A stretch of DNA of 64,000 bases from an uncultured Saprospiraceae bacterium (GTDB lineage Bacteria; Bacteroidota; Bacteroidia; Chitinophagales; Saprospiraceae), in assembly GCA_964632995.1 (NCBI GenBank), contig CAZWDL010000002.1:69730-133729 (forward strand). Direction: 5' to 3'. A program made the position numbers and the translations under genes. Below, in pieces: positions 29,901-38,834 of the stretch. The notes below the pieces were generated by a model. That model did not search any database. It was not told where the DNA came from and worked only from the letters and a program-made list of their open reading frames with translations. How positions within the stretch are numbered: the first letter of the stretch is position 1; every line of letters begins with the position of its first letter.

Positions 29901-31203
29901 GACGGAATGCCGAATCAGCGAGGTGAGCCTGGTTAATGAAGGCTGTGATCGTGAAGGCAGGCACCGCTTTCTGCTCGACTTCGAATACCGGCAGCCGGGC
30001 AATGATTTTTTTGAAATCTTTTACGGAGAAGAGCAGCTGGGCACTATTCCGCTTTCAGATCTTCCCTATCGCTTTGATCTCCTATTCCCTGAGGAAGCTC
30101 CCGAAACTACCACTTTCAAGATCTGCATCGACGATCAACCGGATTGCTGCCGGGAAGTCAGTATCGTAATCGAAAATTGCTTCGATGACAACCCGGAAAG
30201 CGATAAAGTGTGGCCCGGCGACGCCAATACCGACAACATCGCCAATCATATTGACCTTCTGCCCATTGGCCTGGCCTTCGGAACGGAGGGGCCGCCGCGT
30301 CGGCAGACCGGCGACACCTGGGAAGGACTACAGGCTGAGGACTGGACAGCGTCCTTCACCGATGGAACCAACTACAAACACGCCGATACCAACGGCGACG
30401 GCTTCATCAACGCCGCCGACACTATTGCCATCGCGGTCAATTACAACCGCACCCACGGCCGGGTCCAAACACCTGTAGAACTGCCGACGACCGACCTCGA
30501 TCCCCCCATCTTCGTCGATCTACCGGATGCGGACGACGTCGCCGACGGAACAGAATTCCGCATTCCCATCGTCCTGGGCGCTGAAGAGTCCGTAGTTGAA
30601 GATATCTACGGCGTTGCCTTCACCCTAGAATTCGATCCAGAAGTCATCAAACCCGAAAGCGTTCGCCTCTTTTATCCCGCTACCTGGATCGGCGAACCGG
30701 GGATCAACTCCATGGCCTTTGACAGCCTCTTTGCTGAAGACGGCCTTATTGAAATTGCCCTGACCAGGACGGACGGCAACGTCGTCTCCGGCTACGGTCC
30801 CATCGCCTACCTCGGAGGCATCATCGATGATATTGCCGGACTGCATGAGATCAGGGTTGGAATAGACCGGGCGGTGGCGCTAAATGTGCTCGGCGACTGG
30901 ATTCCTCTGCGGGGAGTTGAAAATTCGGTGGGAATGAGCGACGTCACCGATGAACTGGGTAAAATCGACCTGCGTCGAGGCCTCCGCCTCTGGCCCAACC
31001 CCGTCCGCGACCTGCTCAATATCCACAATCGCGCCGGTCTGCCCGTCGAATGGATCGAAATTCTCGATCCCCGCGGTCGCCGGATAGGAGCACGACTTTT
31101 TCAGCAATCGACCGTGCCGGTGAGCGATTTGCCGGAGGGTCCCTACTTTCTGCGAATGAAGATCGGAAAGCACGTGATTACGGAGCGATTTGTGAAAATG
31201 TAA
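26986..31203 (+). CDS. giant T9SS-secreted surface protein: N-terminal domain, 9 Cys-rich ~97-aa modules, dockerin-like pair, cohesin-like domain, T9SS C-terminal sorting domain
   Basis: Signal peptide after the ATG at 26986 (the ORF track uses GTG 26950). EF-hand/dockerin-like loops GDANTDN and DTNGDGFINAADTIAI lie at about 30208-30450. A cohesin-like segment FRIPIVLGAEE...FTLEFDPEVIKPESV lies at about 30547-30835. The C-terminal LWPNPVRDLLNI...GPYFLRMKIGKHVITERFVKM is typical of Por/T9SS sorting domains. Confidence 0.85.
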   Translation: MNSCRNTALSLLVIFLSFAAALTAQDNENCTGFEDLPAGAVYGERTGYEPGDIFYALDNIPVSLEEFNYLNGTSDFWNVQVWTDEIGWDFGSGKKLFVSNINLRLNFSSLGTTADRVCVRIFDGGGENNFSVNGAQVQIFRSPMRGTDFPLEIAPGVTMTATYDDPDSDFIGTLCFEGQIETLLIGGQEFAIDDLCYTLSTAPEYCKAESLEGSVTGCNDGGGYDLELALNSSSGVPANTSYEVYVANEYIGNFESENGEVNLSGIPIPDTTAVVAVCESGVVPGESPCCVYSLIERPLTCPPPPDCQIGELIISDVECITPYYFNATIDFEHRGTGETFKIIIGDGIYGEVPYDELPYRLQRIPLPSNPDATETVIGICDVQLPNCCKRTFVELPCRAAKCEFQDLSVSDLTCNEDGTYNTTLNFNFSGQATRFFLETNGGFREFFEVADLPIRLEGLPRPNNTTRDRFFICFPEIIDTEEPCCEDAVIELPCPGPVCDIRDLTVNDIQCHENGTYNATLNFNHGSGVQRFIVETGSGFRGEFNVADLPLRLEGLPLREGALRDQLFVCLPEAANSEAPCCENLVIEVPCPGADCGIRDLVIDDISCNDDGTYNATLNFNYPYGAQRFLLETAGGFRESFTLADLPLRLEGLPQAEGAARDKFFVCLPLSSSSNELCCVEQSVDLPCSTVPCMISNLQVIPSACNEEERYQLRVNFRHNQSEGKFVLGINDEQRGIYRYSDLPLLLGPFAGPLEEPLLFTVFDQNNPECRTRYQLDPFECEPPACELGELRVYDIECQDDGTYTAMVDFSRRGAGERFYLHTRGGFRGEFGYEELPLRLENLPLRPTGDGFEFEDVFEICDLSTQGCCLRRSVFLPCDDSQCRFLDLRAEVEDCNDQQFYIQLSFDPQGTGSLGFLAFIDGNIFGPFSYETPEVRLGPFSAGGSEVYDILLIDAVHPTCYAYMEIGPVDCETECRISEVSLVNEGCDREGRHRFLLDFEYRQPGNDFFEIFYGEEQLGTIPLSDLPYRFDLLFPEEAPETTTFKICIDDQPDCCREVSIVIENCFDDNPESDKVWPGDANTDNIANHIDLLPIGLAFGTEGPPRRQTGDTWEGLQAEDWTASFTDGTNYKHADTNGDGFINAADTIAIAVNYNRTHGRVQTPVELPTTDLDPPIFVDLPDADDVADGTEFRIPIVLGAEESVVEDIYGVAFTLEFDPEVIKPESVRLFYPATWIGEPGINSMAFDSLFAEDGLIEIALTRTDGNVVSGYGPIAYLGGIIDDIAGLHEIRVGIDRAVALNVLGDWIPLRGVENSVGMSDVTDELGKIDLRRGLRLWPNPVRDLLNIHNRAGLPVEWIEILDPRGRRIGARLFQQSTVPVSDLPEGPYFLRMKIGKHVITERFVKM
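27601..30180 (+). repeat. in-frame tandem coding repeats (9 modules, 276-303 nt; the central copies have an exact 291-nt period)
   Basis: Module-initial Cys codons at 27601, 27904, 28189, 28480, 28771, 29062, 29341, 29632 and 29908. The copies at 28189, 28480 and 28771 are highly similar (C.IRDL.V.DI.C..DGTYNATLNFN....RF..ET..GFR..F..ADLPLRLEGLP......RD..FVC.P.......CC......V.PCPG). Confidence 0.9.
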
Positions 31204-31296
31204 TGGAAAATAGAAAATCCGTAACCGAAAGCAGAAATACAGGATAAAACACCCCACTCCAATACGGATCAAATCCCAAATACTTATAGTTAGTAT

Positions 31297-31330
31297 GGAG
31301 ACCGCTCCTTCGGGAGGGGTCTCTCTTTGT
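31297..31330 (+). terminator. intrinsic terminator after the giant gene
   Basis: GGAGACCGCTCC-TTCG-GGAGGGGTCTC stem-loop followed by TCTTTG, about 95 nt after the stop at 31203. Confidence 0.6.
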
Positions 31331-31371
31331 CAAGGATTGGGGGATTGAATAAATTCCCATACATTCACTCC

Positions 31372-32532
31372 ATGGAAAACACCAAAGACATACTTGCCCG
31401 GCTCGTCGCTTTTCCAACGGTGAGCCACCGGAGCAACATGGATATCGTCACTTACCTGCAGGATTATCTGAAAAATTACGGAGTGGAAACCCACCTGGTG
31501 CGGGACCCTGAGGAGGACAAGGCCTCGCTGCACTGCCGGATCGGCCCGGCCGTTAACGGTGGAATCATTTTGTCCGGCCATACTGACGTAGTGCCCGCGG
31601 AGGGACAGCCCTGGGATACGGATCCTTTCCAACTAACGGAGCGCGACGGCAAACTGTACGGCCGCGGCAGCGCCGATATGAAGGGCTTTCTGGCCTGTTG
31701 CCTCTCGGCCGTACCTGACATGGTAGCTGCCAACCTGAAAAAGCCTGTTTATTTTGCCTTTTCCTACGATGAAGAAACCGGCTGTCAGGCCGCACCGGCA
31801 CTAATAGAGGATTTTAAAAATCACTACACGGAACGAGCCCGCTACGCCATCATCGGGGAGCCTTCCGAAATGCACCCTATCGCAGGTCAGAAAGGTATCA
31901 GTGTTTTCCGGACCACTGTCACCGGCTCGCAGGGACACAGTAGCCGCATCCGGCAGGAGGTAAGTGCTATACACGTAGCGGCTAAGCTAATACAGTGGCT
32001 GGAGGGAAAAATGGACATCCTGATCGGGGAAGGACACACCGATGATCGCTTTGATCCCAATCACACTTCTTTACACGTAGGCGTGATCGAAGGCGGCATT
32101 GCGCCGAACGTGATCGCCGGGGCCTGCACCTTCGAATGGGACTTGCGGGTGATTCCCGAGGACGACCCCCGGCAAATTCTGGACGAATTCCAGGCTTTTT
32201 GTCAGGAACTGACCTTATCCTTACAACAGCGCTTCGCCGGAGCTGCTATACAGACGGAAGTTTTGCACCCCTTTGTGCCCCCGCTCGATACGGCGGCCGA
32301 CAGCGCCGTCGCCCGACTCATTACCCGCCTCAGCGGCTACAAAGAGCTGCAAACGGTAGCCTACGCTGCAGAAGCCGGGCAGTTTGCTGAAGGCGGCTTC
32401 GAAGCGGTTATCTGCGGGCCCGGCTCCATTGCACAAGCCCACCGCGCCAATGAGTTCATATCAGTGGATCAGCTTGAAAAAGGCGACAGCTTCATCCGGG
32501 CAGTCATTCGTTACCTGGAAAACACGGCATAA
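31372..32532 (+). CDS. argE: acetylornithine deacetylase-like M20 metallopeptidase
   Basis: ArgE-like N-terminus (LVAFPTVSHRSN), SGHTDVVP, DPFQLTERDGKLYGRGSADMKGF and SYDEETG. ATG at 31372 preferred. Confidence 0.75.
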   Translation: MENTKDILARLVAFPTVSHRSNMDIVTYLQDYLKNYGVETHLVRDPEEDKASLHCRIGPAVNGGIILSGHTDVVPAEGQPWDTDPFQLTERDGKLYGRGSADMKGFLACCLSAVPDMVAANLKKPVYFAFSYDEETGCQAAPALIEDFKNHYTERARYAIIGEPSEMHPIAGQKGISVFRTTVTGSQGHSSRIRQEVSAIHVAAKLIQWLEGKMDILIGEGHTDDRFDPNHTSLHVGVIEGGIAPNVIAGACTFEWDLRVIPEDDPRQILDEFQAFCQELTLSLQQRFAGAAIQTEVLHPFVPPLDTAADSAVARLITRLSGYKELQTVAYAAEAGQFAEGGFEAVICGPGSIAQAHRANEFISVDQLEKGDSFIRAVIRYLENTA

Positions 32533-32574
32533 AAAAGAAACGGAAATGGTGCAATGACCATTTCCGTTCTTTTA
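32531..32574. terminator. bidirectional intrinsic terminator between convergent genes
   Basis: Perfect 12-bp stem AACGGAAATGGT (32539-32550) / ACCATTTCCGTT (32557-32568) with a 6-nt loop. An A-run precedes it and CTTTT follows. Confidence 0.75.
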
Positions 32575-32598
32575 CGAATCAATAATTCTTATTTATGC

Positions 32599-33159
32599 TT
32601 ACTGCGCCTGCGGGGGCATGATCACCTGATCGATGACATGCACCACGCCGTTGGAAGCTTCAACGTCCGGCTGCACTACGGTAGCGCCGTTGATCATCAC
32701 CGTACCGTCGTCCGCAATGGAAACGGTAATTTCAGCTCCGTTGACCGTATTTGCAGTCATACCATCGGAAAGATCAGTAGATTTCACCTCTCCTTGTACG
32801 ACGTGGTAGGTCAGGATGCTGGCGAGCTGATCCTTATTTTCGGGCTTGAGCAAGGACTCGAGCGTTCCCTCGGGCAGGGCATCAAAGGCCGCATTCGTCG
32901 GGGCGAAAACAGTGAAAGGACCTTCGCTCTGCAGCGTACTGACCAGATCTGCTGCCTTTACTGCCGCCACCAGAGTGGATAAGGACTCAGTTCCGGAAGC
33001 CAATGCAACGATATCGGGTTGCGATTCTTCCATGGGTTGCTCTTCCGCAGCCGCGGTTCCTTCCTCCATGGTTTCTTCAGTTGTTTCTTCTGCCGTTTCG
33101 GTCTGGCCGCCACAGGCAGTGAGCGTTACAGCAAGTAGGATAATCAAGAAGCGTTTCAT
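32599..33159 (-). CDS. fasciclin (FAS1) domain lipoprotein
   Basis: Lipobox LTACGG. FAS1 motifs [20 protein letters not shown] and [14 protein letters not shown]. Confidence 0.85.
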   Translation of the reverse strand: MKRFLIILLAVTLTACGGQTETAEETTEETMEEGTAAAEEQPMEESQPDIVALASGTESLSTLVAAVKAADLVSTLQSEGPFTVFAPTNAAFDALPEGTLESLLKPENKDQLASILTYHVVQGEVKSTDLSDGMTANTVNGAEITVSIADDGTVMINGATVVQPDVEASNGVVHVIDQVIMPPQAQ

Positions 33160-33264
33160 TATAAACGGGTTTTTTTTAAGTGAAAATTCAAAGAGTAAAC
33201 TGTAGTAGAGATGGAATGTTTAGAATTTTCAAAAAAAAATGACAATAATAAGCCCTCCTTTTTA

Positions 33265-34500
33265 CTATTCGAAATCCTCATAAAGCAAATACTTAGCCCG
33301 GACGGCCATAAAAGTCCTCAGTTCTTCCTGCCAACCGGCGCGTATTTCACCGGCCGTTTTACCAGCGACGATCTGGGCGCGCAGGCTGGGGCCGCCGGCC
33401 AGTTTATCAATCCACAGGTTTTTCAGAAAGAAATTATCCTTATCGGGAAAGTTGCGGTAAAAGTCGATGAGATAGTCGATATTGACCTGCGCCATGCGCT
33501 GCAGCTGTTCCAACGGGGTTGTACTCAGATCGTAGCCCCGGCACTGTTGTCCTTCCAGCTTGGGGTTCATCGCACCAGGCCGGGGTACTGGCGTAAAGGT
33601 AAAGTCTCCTTCCGGATAATCAGGATGACCGATTACCTGAAATTGCTTGACGGTTCCGCGGCCCACGCTGGCAACCGTGCCCTCAAAGAAACACAGGGAG
33701 GAGTACAGATATATCGCTTTCATATTCGGAAGGTTGGGCGATGGCTTCACCGGTAGGTGGTAAAACGTGTTGTGATCGTATTGCTCGCATTTGATAACGG
33801 TCAACTCACAGGCAACTCCCTCCTCCAGCCAGCCTTCCCCGTTCACCATTTGCGCGTATTCACCCACCGTCATGCCGTGCGACACCGGTATAGGGTGCAT
33901 CCCCACGAAGGATTCGTAGCCGGGCTGCCGCACGGGACCATCGACATAGTGGCCATTGGGATTGGGGCGGTCCAGCACCATGAAGGGTATGCCGTTTTTG
34001 GCGCAAGCCTGCATCACATAGGACATGGTGGAAATGTAGGTATAAAAACGGGCGCCCACATCCTGAATATCAAAGATCACCCAGTCTAATCCCTGCAGGT
34101 CTTCGGCAGTAGGCTCCCGTTTACTGCCGTACAGCGAGATCAGCGGAATGCCCGTACGGGGGTCTTTGCCGTCCTTGATCTTTTCCCCGGCATCAGCCTC
34201 CCCCCGGAAACCGTGCTCGGGCGAGAAGATTGCTTTGATATCGACACCCAGGCTATGCAGGGAATCAGCCAGATGGGTATTCCCAATCATAGAGGTGTGA
34301 TTAACCAGCAGGGCTACTTTCTTCCCTTCAATCAGCGGCAGGTAGGCATCCATCCGGGCAGCCCCTACGACCACCTTTTCGAATTCCGTTTCACTGACTT
34401 CGGAATCGGGCGGCGCCGGCAGCTCGCTTTTGTTCTGTTGGTTACAATTCCAAAGCAGGCCCGCCAGGAGTAAAACGACAAGATCAACAGTTAGCTTCAT
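33265..34500 (-). CDS. DUF1343 family protein (exo-beta-N-acetylmuramidase NamZ-like)
   Basis: 411 aa with a signal peptide. Characteristic blocks VALLVNHTS, FSPEHGFRGEADAG, GIPLISLYG, VIFDIQDVGARFYTYISTM, VLDRPNPNG and SFVGMHPIPVSHGMTVGE. Confidence 0.8.
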   Translation of the reverse strand: MKLTVDLVVLLLAGLLWNCNQQNKSELPAPPDSEVSETEFEKVVVGAARMDAYLPLIEGKKVALLVNHTSMIGNTHLADSLHSLGVDIKAIFSPEHGFRGEADAGEKIKDGKDPRTGIPLISLYGSKREPTAEDLQGLDWVIFDIQDVGARFYTYISTMSYVMQACAKNGIPFMVLDRPNPNGHYVDGPVRQPGYESFVGMHPIPVSHGMTVGEYAQMVNGEGWLEEGVACELTVIKCEQYDHNTFYHLPVKPSPNLPNMKAIYLYSSLCFFEGTVASVGRGTVKQFQVIGHPDYPEGDFTFTPVPRPGAMNPKLEGQQCRGYDLSTTPLEQLQRMAQVNIDYLIDFYRNFPDKDNFFLKNLWIDKLAGGPSLRAQIVAGKTAGEIRAGWQEELRTFMAVRAKYLLYEDFE

Positions 34501-34819
34501 CTTTTTAATTTAGTAGTTGGTTATGAGGCGACCAATATAGCAAAAACCAGTTTCTTGCCTTTTGGAGATTAAGGGAGGAAGACCTAATTTTATCGCCCTC
34601 CTGAAACCAAAAAACAAATACTTGTTTTTAAAAAGCAAAATGTTTTATATTAGGGCAATTGACGGGACAACCTCGAAATCATCCCCGAGCATAGAGATGA
34701 CGCTTTGTGCGCTTCTACCTGCGGCGAAGACTAAACGCGATGGTGAAAGAGGTAAAGAGGTATCAGGGGAAGCAACGCAAAATCCTTACTAAAACCCGCA
34801 ATTAACAAAACAGGAAGAG

Positions 34820-36214
34820 ATGAGTAAGCTCTACGCCATTGTCGATTTGGAAACCACCGGAGGGCGATACATCCGGGACCGCGTCACGGAGATCGCTATT
34901 GTGTTACACGACGGCTGCCGGGTCATCGACACCTTTGAATCCCTGGTCAATCCGGAGTGCTACATCCCCTACGGAATCACACAGCTGACGGGCATCACTC
35001 AGGAGATGGTCAACGAGGCGCCGAAATTTTATGAGATTGCCAAGCAGGTAGTAGAGATGACGGAGGGCGCTATTTTCGTTGCGCACAATGTCCGCTTTGA
35101 CTACAGTTTTCTGCGGGAGGAATTTTCCCGGCTCGGTTACACCTTCACCCGCAAGCAGCTCTGCACGGTTCGTCTGAGCCGCAAAACCTTTCCCGGCTAC
35201 CCCTCCTACAGCCTCGGCAAGATTACCACCCATCTCGGTATTTCCATCGAGGCGCGCCACCGTGCTATGGGCGACGCCATGGCCACGGCGCAGTTGCTCG
35301 AGCGCATTCTCGTCAAAAACGGCAGTAGCGAAGCGGTAAAGAGCATGGTCAACCTGGGTATCCGGGAAGCCCTCTTACCGAAAAATTTTACGGTGGAGAA
35401 GATTCACGCCCTGCCCGAAGCCTGCGGCGTCTACTACTTTCATGACGAGCGCGGCGACGTGGTCTACGTAGGTAAAAGCATCAATATCAAAAAGCGGATT
35501 GCCGAACATTTTTCCGATAAAACCCAAAAGGCCAGTAAACTACAGCAGGCTGCTTACGACCTAAGCTATGAACTCACCGGCAGCGAGCTGATCGCACTGC
35601 TGCTCGAATCGGCGGAAATCAAGCGACTGCGGCCGCCCATCAACCGCGCGCAGCGACAGCGGCGCTTTCCTTACGTCATCCATACCTATACCGATCAGGG
35701 TGGCTACCTTCGCTTCGACCTGGCGCATACCACCGCCCGGGAGCGCAAAAAGTTGCAGGTCATCTCGGAGTTCCCCTCCATGGGACGCGCCAAGGGACGC
35801 CTCAAACGGGTGCGGGAGGCATTTGAATTGTGCACCCGGCTGTGCGGCATTCAAAAAGGCAATGGCGCCTGTTTTGAGTTTCACCTTAAACAATGCCACG
35901 GCGCCTGCATCCGGCAGGAACCCGTCACCTCGTACAATGAGCGGGCGGAGGAGGCCCGGGAGTATCTGAAAACCGTTTTTGAGGACAATTTTTTTATCAT
36001 CGATCACGGCCGCTCGACCGATGAACGATCCGTAGTGTTGGTAGAGGATGGCCGGTACCGGGGGTACGGGTACTGCTGTCCGGAAGACTTTTCCGGAAAT
36101 CCGGAAGCGCTGCGGGATTTCATCAAACCTTACGAGGGCAATCCGGAAACCACCCGCATCATACAGCGGTACTTAGATAAGAATAACCACGTACAGATAC
36201 TTCCCATTGAGTAA
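34820..36214 (+). CDS. DEDD 3-5 exonuclease (DnaQ/epsilon-like) fused to a GIY-YIG (UvrC/Cho-like) nuclease domain
   Basis: Exo motifs VDLETTG, FVAHNVRFDYSFL and HRAMGDA, followed by GIY-YIG-type GVYYFHDERGDVVYVGKSINIKKR. Confidence 0.8.
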   Translation: MSKLYAIVDLETTGGRYIRDRVTEIAIVLHDGCRVIDTFESLVNPECYIPYGITQLTGITQEMVNEAPKFYEIAKQVVEMTEGAIFVAHNVRFDYSFLREEFSRLGYTFTRKQLCTVRLSRKTFPGYPSYSLGKITTHLGISIEARHRAMGDAMATAQLLERILVKNGSSEAVKSMVNLGIREALLPKNFTVEKIHALPEACGVYYFHDERGDVVYVGKSINIKKRIAEHFSDKTQKASKLQQAAYDLSYELTGSELIALLLESAEIKRLRPPINRAQRQRRFPYVIHTYTDQGGYLRFDLAHTTARERKKLQVISEFPSMGRAKGRLKRVREAFELCTRLCGIQKGNGACFEFHLKQCHGACIRQEPVTSYNERAEEAREYLKTVFEDNFFIIDHGRSTDERSVVLVEDGRYRGYGYCCPEDFSGNPEALRDFIKPYEGNPETTRIIQRYLDKNNHVQILPIE

Positions 36215-36252
36215 GGTGGAACCGGGAAACTGTGAAACACCGTCCCTTCCGC

Positions 36253-37056
36253 TTACAGGATCTCCCGCATCTGCTTTTGAATGGCCATAGCGGCCAGACG
36301 GGCCTCATCGGCGAAGCCTTCGCGGTCACCGGCGTAGAGGATGCCGCGGGAGGAATTGACGAGCAGACCGAGCTGCTCATTACGACCATGCCGGCTAACG
36401 CCTTCCAGGTCGCCTCCCTGAGCACCCACGCCGGGCACCAGCAGAAAGTGTTCGGGGGCGATACGGCGGATTTCGGCAAACTTTTCCGGATGCGTAGCGC
36501 CGACAACAAACATGAGCTCATCGGGACTACCCCACTCCATCGTTTTACGCATCACTTTCTCGTACAAAAGCCGGCCTCCTTCCTGGGGCGTCATCTGAAA
36601 ATCAACGCTTCCCTGGTTGGAAGTCAGCGCCAAGACGATGACCCACTTTCCGGGAAAACCGAGGAAGGGCTTCACCGAATCTGCGCCCATATAAGGAGCC
36701 ACGGTAAGGGCATCGACGTTGAGATGCTCGAAGAAAGCCCGGGCATACAAACCTGAGGTGTTACCGATATCGCCACGTTTGGCATCGGCAATAACAAAAT
36801 GCTCCTCCGGAATATACTCCAGCGTGCGTTCCAGGGAGCGCCAGCCACGGGCGCCAAGCGCCTCGTAAAATGCAAGATTGGGTTTGTAGGCCACGCAAAG
36901 GTCGCGCGTAGCATCAATGATCTGTTTGTTGAATTCAAAAAGGGGGTCCTCATACTGGGTGAGGAAGCGGGGAATGCGCCTGATATCGGTATCCAGCCCT
37001 ACGCAGAGGTAGGATTGCTTTTTTTGAATTTGCTCAAAGAGCGCTGCTCTGGTCAT
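36253..37056 (-). CDS. pyrF: orotidine-5-phosphate decarboxylase (type 2)
   Basis: Motifs [19 protein letters not shown] and [12 protein letters not shown] at 37056 ([10 protein letters not shown]) preferred over the longer ORF-track start at 37107. Confidence 0.9.
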   Translation of the reverse strand: MTRAALFEQIQKKQSYLCVGLDTDIRRIPRFLTQYEDPLFEFNKQIIDATRDLCVAYKPNLAFYEALGARGWRSLERTLEYIPEEHFVIADAKRGDIGNTSGLYARAFFEHLNVDALTVAPYMGADSVKPFLGFPGKWVIVLALTSNQGSVDFQMTPQEGGRLLYEKVMRKTMEWGSPDELMFVVGATHPEKFAEIRRIAPEHFLLVPGVGAQGGDLEGVSRHGRNEQLGLLVNSSRGILYAGDREGFADEARLAAMAIQKQMREIL

Positions 37057-37155
37057 AAAAAGAGGGCGAGGTAAAATAAACAATAGGAATGATCGACAGC
37101 ATCTCAAAGGGTTTCTCCGGGGAGCACGACCGAGACCGGCTCTGCCCCGGCAACA

Positions 37156-37422
37156 TTATCCATCCACTCTGATGCCGTTGACGGCCACGATACCGGAAAC
37201 CTCCGGTATTTTCCCTTTGATAGCCTGTTCGATACCTGCTTTCATAGTCATGGCCGACATGGTACAATCCTTGCAGGTACCTAGCCATTTGATTTTGACG
37301 ACGTGGTTATCGGTGACATCTACCACCTCTACATCTCCACCATCAACGGCAAGGTGCGGACGAACATCGTTCAGTGCGGCATCAACGCGTTGGATTAAAT
37401 CTTTTTTCTCCGTAGAAGACAT
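37156..37422 (-). CDS. NifU-like (Nfu C-terminal domain) Fe-S cluster protein
   Basis: 88 aa. Motif VRPHLAVDGGDVEVVDV...GTCKDCTMS (CxxC). Confidence 0.85.
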   Translation of the reverse strand: MSSTEKKDLIQRVDAALNDVRPHLAVDGGDVEVVDVTDNHVVKIKWLGTCKDCTMSAMTMKAGIEQAIKGKIPEVSGIVAVNGIRVDG

Positions 37423-37508
37423 ATGTTAGAATTCAGCGTTCAGCTTGCGATTAATATTTAGTCTTAAGGCAGATAACCGGTGAAACTCCCTAAAGTTGAG
37501 GAACGGCC

Positions 37509-38618
37509 CTATTGAGTCTGAATTTTTACTATCTGCGTAGGGTCCATCATTTCGTTACGTACCGTTATTTGACGGGCTGTGTTCCGGGCCACTTTCATGA
37601 GGGCTTCCGTTGTCAGCTCATCGTTCTCATCAAGAATGGCGGGTTTACCTTCATCACCCGATTCGCGAATTCCCTGGACGATGGGCACCTGGCCGAGCAA
37701 CATGGACTCGCTCATTTTGGCCAGTTTTTTGCCGCCGCCCTGTCCAAACAGATAGTATTTGTTCTCGGGCAGTTCCTTGGGTGTAAACCAGGCCATATTT
37801 TCCACAACCCCAAGTATTGGCACCTCTACCGAAGGCAGGCGGAACATATTCATGGCCTTTACCGCATCGGCTACCGCCACTTCCTGCGGCGTGGTGACAA
37901 TAATGGCGCCGGTAACCGGCACGGTTTGAACCAGCGTCAGTTGAATATCTCCGGTACCGGGCGGCAGATCGACCACCATGTAATCCAACTCGGGCCAGAT
38001 ACAATCATTGAAGAATTGCTTGATGATGCCGGCCAATCGCGGACCACGCAGTACGACAGCCTGTTCCGGTTCGACGATAAAGCCGATGGACATCACCGGT
38101 AAACCATAGGCTTCCAGTGGCGTGATTTTAGGGGAGCCGTAAACCTCCTTGATTTTCGGGCGCTGGCCCTGCAATCCCAGCATGGTGGGAATGGAAGGGC
38201 CGTAGAGGTCGGCATCCAGCAATCCAACCCTTGCTCCCAGCTTTTTAAGACCGAGCGCCAGATTGACCGCGATGGTAGATTTGCCGACCCCGCCTTTACC
38301 CGAAGCAACCGCAATGATATTCTTTACGTGTGGAAGCACTTTCGTTTGGCCCTGTCCCTGCTGTGCCTGAGCCGTACGCGCCATCATGTGTACGTTGACA
38401 TTGGCCTCCGGGTATAATTCCTGCACTGCCTGCACACAGGCAAAATTCAGCGCTGCCTTGTTCTCCACATTCATGGAGGGCAGTTCCAGCGTGAAATTGA
38501 TGTTTTCGCCGTCTGTTTCCAGATCCCGGACCATATTCATCGTAATGATGTCCTGGCCACTTTTGGGATCCTTTACCTGAGCTAGTGCTCTTACTATTTT
38601 GGTCTTATCGAAATCCAT
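37509..38618 (-). CDS. Mrp/NBP35/ApbC-family Fe-S cluster carrier ATPase
   Basis: N-terminal DUF59-like domain, deviant Walker A SGKGGVGKST, then DLPPGTGD. ATG at 38618 preferred over 38666. Confidence 0.9.
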   Translation of the reverse strand: MDFDKTKIVRALAQVKDPKSGQDIITMNMVRDLETDGENINFTLELPSMNVENKAALNFACVQAVQELYPEANVNVHMMARTAQAQQGQGQTKVLPHVKNIIAVASGKGGVGKSTIAVNLALGLKKLGARVGLLDADLYGPSIPTMLGLQGQRPKIKEVYGSPKITPLEAYGLPVMSIGFIVEPEQAVVLRGPRLAGIIKQFFNDCIWPELDYMVVDLPPGTGDIQLTLVQTVPVTGAIIVTTPQEVAVADAVKAMNMFRLPSVEVPILGVVENMAWFTPKELPENKYYLFGQGGGKKLAKMSESMLLGQVPIVQGIRESGDEGKPAILDENDELTTEALMKVARNTARQITVRNEMMDPTQIVKIQTQ

Positions 38619-38834
38619 TGAATTACTCGTTTCTCTTTTACTGTCTTTACACAAAAATACAAACAATTAACCGTACCGAACAGTTTTAAATGCTTATTTC
38701 CGCGTAGCCAAGCCAGGAGCGGGTTGGCGATAGCCCGGTACCGGTTTTGATATTTATCAAGGTGAGGAATTTAATTTTAATGACAAAACCAGGCGGATGG
38801 TATTATCGCAAAAAAATTGTTTATTTGCACTGCC

